From the NCBI GenBank assembly GCA_002269645.1, contig NIVC01002328.1, forward strand, positions 60,923 to 124,922: DNA of 64,000 bases, given 5' to 3'. Source of the DNA: Macrostomum lignano. Its lineage: Eukaryota. Positions 59,501 through 64,000 of the stretch are shown one piece after another. Positions within the stretch are counted from its first letter, which is position 1. Each line of letters starts with the position of its first letter. A program made the translations under genes and the position numbers. The notes beneath the pieces are model-generated. The model did not search any database. It saw only the letters and a program-made list of their open reading frames with translations, and had not been told where the DNA came from.

Positions 59501-62500
59501 TGTGCAGGTGTGCCGGCAGAGCGGCCTCAGCCAGTGACAGGGCCTGCATCCGGGCGGCCACTTCCGGTTCGGCCTCTTCAACTATGGAGCGCATGACGAG
59601 ACCGGCGCCTTTCAATATAGCTGTGGACGGGTGCTGGAACAGCTTGAAGAATGCGCGACCTCTAGCCGCGGTCATGATCAGCAGGGTGTCGAAGTGGCCG
59701 CCCTCGGTGGTCTCCGAATAAGGCGCGCACAGTGCGAAGGTGAGGAAGTCCAGCATAGCGGAGATGAACAGGGCGCCTGTGCCTTTTAGCACGTGCGCTT
59801 CGAATATGTCGAGCAGCGATTCCAGAAATTTCTTTGATGACATTATGCTCGACTTGTTCAGCTGCTCCTAAAACAGGTGAGTAGACTGAGTTTTTTTCAT
59901 TATGACCTAGAAATGATACAAAGCATCCACCATGACCTAGAAATGACACAAAGCATCCACCATGACCTAGAAATGACACAAAGCATCCACTATGACATAG
60001 AAATGACACAAAGCATCCACTATGACCTAGAAATGACACAAAGAATCCACTATGACCTAGAAATGACACAAAGAATCCACTATGACCTAAAAATGACACA
60101 AGCATCCACTATGACCTAGAAATGACACAAAGCATCCACTATGACCTAGAAATGACACAAAGCATCCACTATGACCTAGAAATGACACAAAGCATCCACT
60201 ATGACCTAGAAATGACACAAGTATCCACTATGACCTAGAAATGACACAAAGCATCCACTATGACCTAGAAATGACACAAAGCATCCACTATGACCTAGAA
60301 ATGACACAAAGCATCCACTATGACCTAGAAATGACACAAAGCATCCACTATGACCTAGAAATGACACAAAGCATCCACTATGACATAGAAATGACACAAA
60401 GCATCCACTATGACCTAGAAATGACACAAAGCATCCACTATGACCTAGAAATGACACAAGTATCCACTATGACCTAGAGATGACACAAAGCATCCACTAT
60501 GACCTAGAAATGACACAAAGCATCCACTATGACCTAGAAATGACACAAAGCATCCACTATGACCTAGAAATGACACAAAGCATCCACTATGACCTAGAAA
60601 TGACACAAAGCATCCACTATGACATAGAAATGACACAAAGCATCCTCTATGACCAGGTGCTGACAAAAAGCAGTCAATCCCGACCCACTAAAAGCCGAAC
60701 CTGTTTCAAATCGTAGTTATCGTGCATCGGCTGCATCAGCGAGTTGATGGTGTCGATGGCCGCGTGTCCAACGCCGCCGTCGTCGTCGGCCCGGCGCAGC
60801 GCGGCGACCACCTTCCGGCCGAGGGTCTCCCGCATGCCGCTGAGGTCTGTGAACGCGGAGAAGCCGGCTCTGCTGGCTACTAAACGCCGCAGTGCGTGAA
60901 ACTCTGCCTCCACTGAGCCGCCGCCGCCGTCGTGGTGGATGAGCGCGGACAGGGCCTGGGTGATGAGGCGCTCCTTGTTCTCGGAGAAGAAGCCGTCCTG
61001 AGTCACCGCGTGGAGCAGGCCGCTGTATGGCACGTTGGCGTTGAATCTGGCTACCGCCTGCGGTTTGCAGCGCGTTGGTGATTGTTGAGACAATGATAGA
61101 CTCTTGAGTCAAGGGGTTGGCAGCGGCATATTGAAGGACCAAAGAGCGGCCTATTGAAGAACCAAAGAGCGGCCCATTGAAGGACCAAAGAGCAGCCCAT
61201 TGAAGGACCAAAGAGCGGCCCATTGAAGGACCAAAGAGCACCCCATTGAAGGAACAAAGAGCGGCCTATAGAAGAACCAAAGAGCGGCCCATTGGAGAAA
61301 CAAAGAGCACCCCATTAGAGGAACAAAGAGCGGCCTATTGAAGGACCAAAGAGCGGCCTATTGAAGGATCAAAGAGCGGCCCATTGAAGGACCAAAGAGC
61401 GGCCCATTGAAGGACCAAAGAGTGGCCTATTGAAAGACCAAAGAGCGATTCATTGGAGGAACAAAGAGCGGCCTATAGAAGAACCAAAGAGCGGCCCATT
61501 GGAGGAACAAAGGGCAGCCCATTAGAGGAACAAAGGGCGGCCTATGAAGGAACAAAGAGCGGCCCATTGGAGGAACAAAGAGCAGCCCATTAGAGGAACA
61601 AAGAGCGGCCTATTGAAGGATCAAAGAGCGGCCCATTGAAGGACCAAAGAGCGGCCCATTGAAGGACCAAAGAGTGGCCTATTGAAAGACCAAAGAGCGA
61701 TTCATTGGAGGAACAAAGAGCGGCCTATTGAAGGACCAAAGAGCGGCCTATTGAAGGATCAAAGAGCGGCCCATTGAAGGACCAAAGAGCGGCCCATTGA
61801 AGGACCAAAGAGTGGCCTATTGAAAGACCAAAGAGCGATTCATTGGAGGAACAAAGAGCGGCCTATAGAAGAACCAAAGAGCGGCCCATTGGAGGAACAA
61901 AGAGCAGCCCATTAGAGGAACAAAGGGCGGCCTATGAAGGAACAAAGAGCGGCCCATTGGAGGAACAAAGAGCAGCCCATTAGAGGAACAAAGAGCGGCC
62001 TATTGAAGGAACAAAGAGCGGCCCATTGGAGGAACAAAGAGTGGCCTATTGAAGGCCCAAAGAGCGGCCTATTGAAGAACCAAGTTGAGTAAAACTAAAG
62101 CAACAACTCGCCTGAGCAAAGGTGACGCCAGGCGGTTGCTGATAGAGATGCCGGAGGCATTGGCTCTCAACCTCCTCAGATAGCGGCGTGCTCAACGGAC
62201 CAAACCGCAGTCCCCGATCGATCGGTGCCCGTTTAACGCACACGTCACGATTGCCGGATGCGCGAACTCCGTCCAGCACGGAGGCGATGAGGGCGTCCCG
62301 ATCGGTGCTGGTGTAATAGCGGGGCGGGCCGCGGACGCTTTCGATGGCCACTAGTTGGGGATTGGCCGGGTCTCTGGTCATTGAGAACACATCGCAGAGC
62401 GGCTTGACGGACACTGCATGATAGGTGGCCGGATCTCGCTCGATTAGGCAGGTCTCGGACAGGCACAGCAGCCGCCTGACAGGCTCTCTGAGAACGGGGA

Positions 62501-63014
62501 TGGCGTTGAAAACCATTGGCCACTGTGTAATGTTAGGGTGGGGTCTGGGTGTACAGTTGGGGTGCGGGTCTGGGTGTACAGTTGGGGTGCGGGTCTGGGT
62601 GTACAGTTGGGGTGCGGGTCTGGGTGTACAGTTGGGGTGCGGGTCTGGGTGTACAGTTGCGGTTGGGGTCTGGGTGTACAGTTAGGGTGGGGGTCTGGGT
62701 GTACAGTTGGGGTGGGGGTCTGGGTGTACAGTTGGGGTGGGGGTCAGAGCCAGTGTACATTACAACGGCCTAGAGCACATTAGTTAAAATCGTGTATTGT
62801 TTTACTTGTGCCTCGGCGTCCGCGTCTTAGCAACTGGGAATTCGCTGTGCGAGGTCAGGTGCTCGTCGCCAGAGTATTTGCCGAACTTGTTAATTAGCAA
62901 CTGCTCGTAGGTGCTCTGGCTTTGGTGCACCCGAATTTGCAGTCCAATGTAGTGCTGCGCCGCCTCTTTAATCGCTTTGATTAAATTGTCCTGGTCTTGG
63001 GTGGCGAATATGTG
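40563..63014 (-). CDS. DNAJC13: DnaJ homolog subfamily C member 13 (RME-8), 19 exons; 5' end beyond the window
   Basis: Exons in transcript order: 62806-63014, 62112-62487, 60701-61057, 59379-59867, 57984-58546, 56691-56850, 56536-56598, 56028-56129, 55710-55942, 54934-55293, 50019-50488, 49123-49333, 47617-48036, 46280-46811, 44497-44613, 43760-44038, 43079-43461, 41353-42134, 40563-40769. Contains J-domain HPDKN, a GYF-like EKEWYY...WAQG segment, IWN repeats and C-terminal HDLFIS...VAGYL. Five exons are 1 nt short. Confidence 0.97.
40826..41340. repeat. Two adjacent intronic minisatellites (22 bp, then about 24 bp)
   Basis: GATTCACGGTTGGGACTCAGGT to about 41162, then CACTGACTCACTGCAATCGGGACT. 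Confidence 0.93.
42300..43040. repeat. (ATCA)n-derived microsatellite with higher-order blocks
   Basis: Recurrent AACTGAAATCATC. A block of about 100 bp is repeated at about 42410 and 42930. Confidence 0.93.
43498..43740. repeat. (TGTC)n/(TGCC) microsatellite
   Basis: Read directly. Confidence 0.97.
44085..44461. repeat. Near-perfect 30-bp minisatellite
   Basis: AGATGTGTAGAGAAGGTCACTGAAGCACTG, about 12 copies. Confidence 0.97.
44648..46218. repeat. 23-bp minisatellite containing TTAGGG
   Basis: CTCAGTCTGGTTTAGGGGCGATT, about 68 copies. Confidence 0.97.
47000..47600. repeat. (CTA)n-type trinucleotide microsatellite
   Basis: CTA/CTG/GTA triplets. Source of the poly-L/T/S/V ORFs. Confidence 0.95.
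48120..49110. repeat. 32-bp minisatellite grading into a near-perfect 30-bp unit
   Basis: CTGACTCAGGCTGTATGTACATTACAGGGAAT, then GTGACACAGGCTGTATGCACACTACATGGA (about 20 identical copies). Confidence 0.97.
49410..49935. repeat. Two related 22-23 bp minisatellites
   Basis: AAGCGTCTAATATCTGTTTCGC, then CTAATTTGTGATTTCCTAAGCGC. Confidence 0.9.
50726..51460. repeat. 16-bp minisatellite (GTGAAGNTTCGAGCTT)
   Basis: About 40 units, with one 31-bp interruption block present twice. Confidence 0.95.
52010..54910. repeat. 41-42 bp satellite with a higher-order duplication
   Basis: GATCAGGGATATCAGTGCCCCATTAACAGAAGCATGACACA, about 65 copies. Identical ORFs at 52548 and 53455. Confidence 0.97.
55347..55700. 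repeat. (AGTC)n/(AGCC) microsatellite
   Basis: Read directly. Confidence 0.97.
56160..56500. repeat. 20-bp then 33-bp minisatellites sharing TAGCGGC
   Basis: GGGTAGCGGCGATCCGGGGA x6, then GCGGCAATGCACTGAAGGATCAGGGAGAGGATA x6-7. Confidence 0.95.
56897..57950. repeat. 28-bp minisatellite
   Basis: CAGCAGCTACCTGAAGGTCTAGAATGTT, about 37 copies. Confidence 0.97.
58640..59374. repeat. About 46-bp minisatellite
   Basis: CACACCTGAAGCATTCCTGACCAATTAAGATAAGGGACAGCACACT, about 16 copies. Confidence 0.97.
59898..60655. repeat. 30-bp minisatellite
   Basis: CTATGACCTAGAAATGACACAAAGCATCCA, about 25 copies. Confidence 0.97.
61130..62085. repeat. 23-bp minisatellite
   Basis: AAAGAGCGGCCCATTGAAGGACC variants, about 41 copies. 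Confidence 0.97.
62536..62744. repeat. 25-bp G-rich minisatellite
   Basis: GGGTGCGGGTCTGGGTGTACAGTTG, about 8 copies. Confidence 0.95.
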
Positions 63015-63146
63015 CTGCAAATTGGGGATTTTATAGACGAAGATACAGTGCGAAAGTGCCTCGTGCTCAACGGAGTGTGCGTCCCCGACGATAGGACAGA
63101 GCGTAATGGTACAGCCACTATATTATGAGAAATGCTGTACGCAGGC

Positions 63147-63440
63147 ATAATAATAATAATAATTGATTTCACTTGCCCTAATGGCCCGAGATGTGCAACC
63201 GACAGCTCAGCCGCAGCTATGGCGCGGCGCATCTGAAGGCTGCGTACGGCTGTTCAGTCCAAGGACTAAGGGGGGGGTCGCCACACAGCCTCAATTACCC
63301 CAGCTAATGCTGGCACCCATTTTACAGCTGTGTGAACTGGAGCAATGCAGAGTGAAGTGTCTTGCTCAAGGACACAAACTGTTCCGAGTGGGTCGAGAAT
63401 CGAACCCCCGACCTTCCAGTCGTGAGTCGGTACATCGGTC
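63147..63440 (-). mobile_element. tRNA-derived SINE, second copy
   Basis: B-box GGTTCGATTC (63397-63406, minus strand), CORE-like GTGTCCTTGAGCAAGACACTT...CAGCTGTAAATGGG, shared 3' domain and (ATT)n tail. Confidence 0.8.
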
Positions 63441-63919
63441 CTGACTTTCTAATCGTCAGGCATGTACACTCTCTGAGCCTTGGGGGTTGGTCCTCATGGC
63501 TGTGAACCGCACGACAACCCCCCTCCCCAGCCCAATATCCGTGCACACAAGCCCCAAATAAATGTGGGAATCGAACCAGGGATCATGGCGCGTTTTTATG
63601 CTGAGCTGATTTGCCCGCCCCCCGCGAACCAACTTGACTATTTTATGTAGAAAAGCGCATAAAAACTCACATTGCGTCCGAAGCCGCCGCAAACGACGGA
63701 AATTCCGCCGGGTAGGTCGGGAATCTTGAAAGACAGGGATTGGATTAGGCGAGAGCTGTTATCGGGATCCATTTTAAACTATACAGCCAGTGCAGGCTTT
63801 TCAGCACATGCAAAATCTTCTTCTGAATTGTAATATTAGTTTCTTGTGCTTCTGGTTTGATTACTACTGATAATTGCAAAAACACAAATTACTATTTATT
63901 CTGCTGAGTATTATCACAT

Positions 63920-64000
63920 CTGCTACTACTACACAAGTACTACGAGCGTACTACTACTGCTGCTACTAATACTGCTGCTACTACTACTGCTACTACTACT
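63920..64000. repeat. (CTA)n-type microsatellite running off the window end
   Basis: Read directly. Confidence 0.85.

Noticed and set aside
40563-63014. DNAJC13 as a pseudogene
   Set aside because: All splice sites, phases and conserved motifs are intact with no in-frame stops. The only lesions are 1-nt losses typical of sequencing error.
63545-63630. tRNA gene suggested by the B-box GGTTCGATTCCC on the minus strand
   Set aside because: No complete cloverleaf could be built. More likely another SINE head adjoining the 63147-63440 copy.

Overview
Eukaryotic (animal) genomic DNA with spliceosomal introns. The gene style and satellite-filled introns suggest a free-living flatworm such as Macrostomum, but this is inference only. 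Genes: 3' part of phosphoglucomutase-2 (+, 4 exons); a divergent TTLL10-like tubulin ligase; a single-CRD TNF-receptor-like membrane protein; a possible 61-aa membrane ORF; an intronless 20-LRR receptor lacking a TIR domain; an atypical 2-exon glutaredoxin; a neuropeptide precursor encoding 13 APFW and 2 DPFW tetrapeptides between KR sites; a 4-exon orphan low-complexity gene; and 19 exons of DNAJC13/RME-8 (-), which continues past the window end. Nearly every longer intron holds its own tandem array. Intergenic DNA contains hAT-like MITEs, two related non-LTR fragments, two SINE copies and a diverged 28S rRNA fragment. Six 1-bp frameshifts in conserved genes are probably assembly errors. The best novelty candidate is the xPFW prohormone at 29860-30393. 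No CRISPR array or intact tRNA/rRNA gene is supported.
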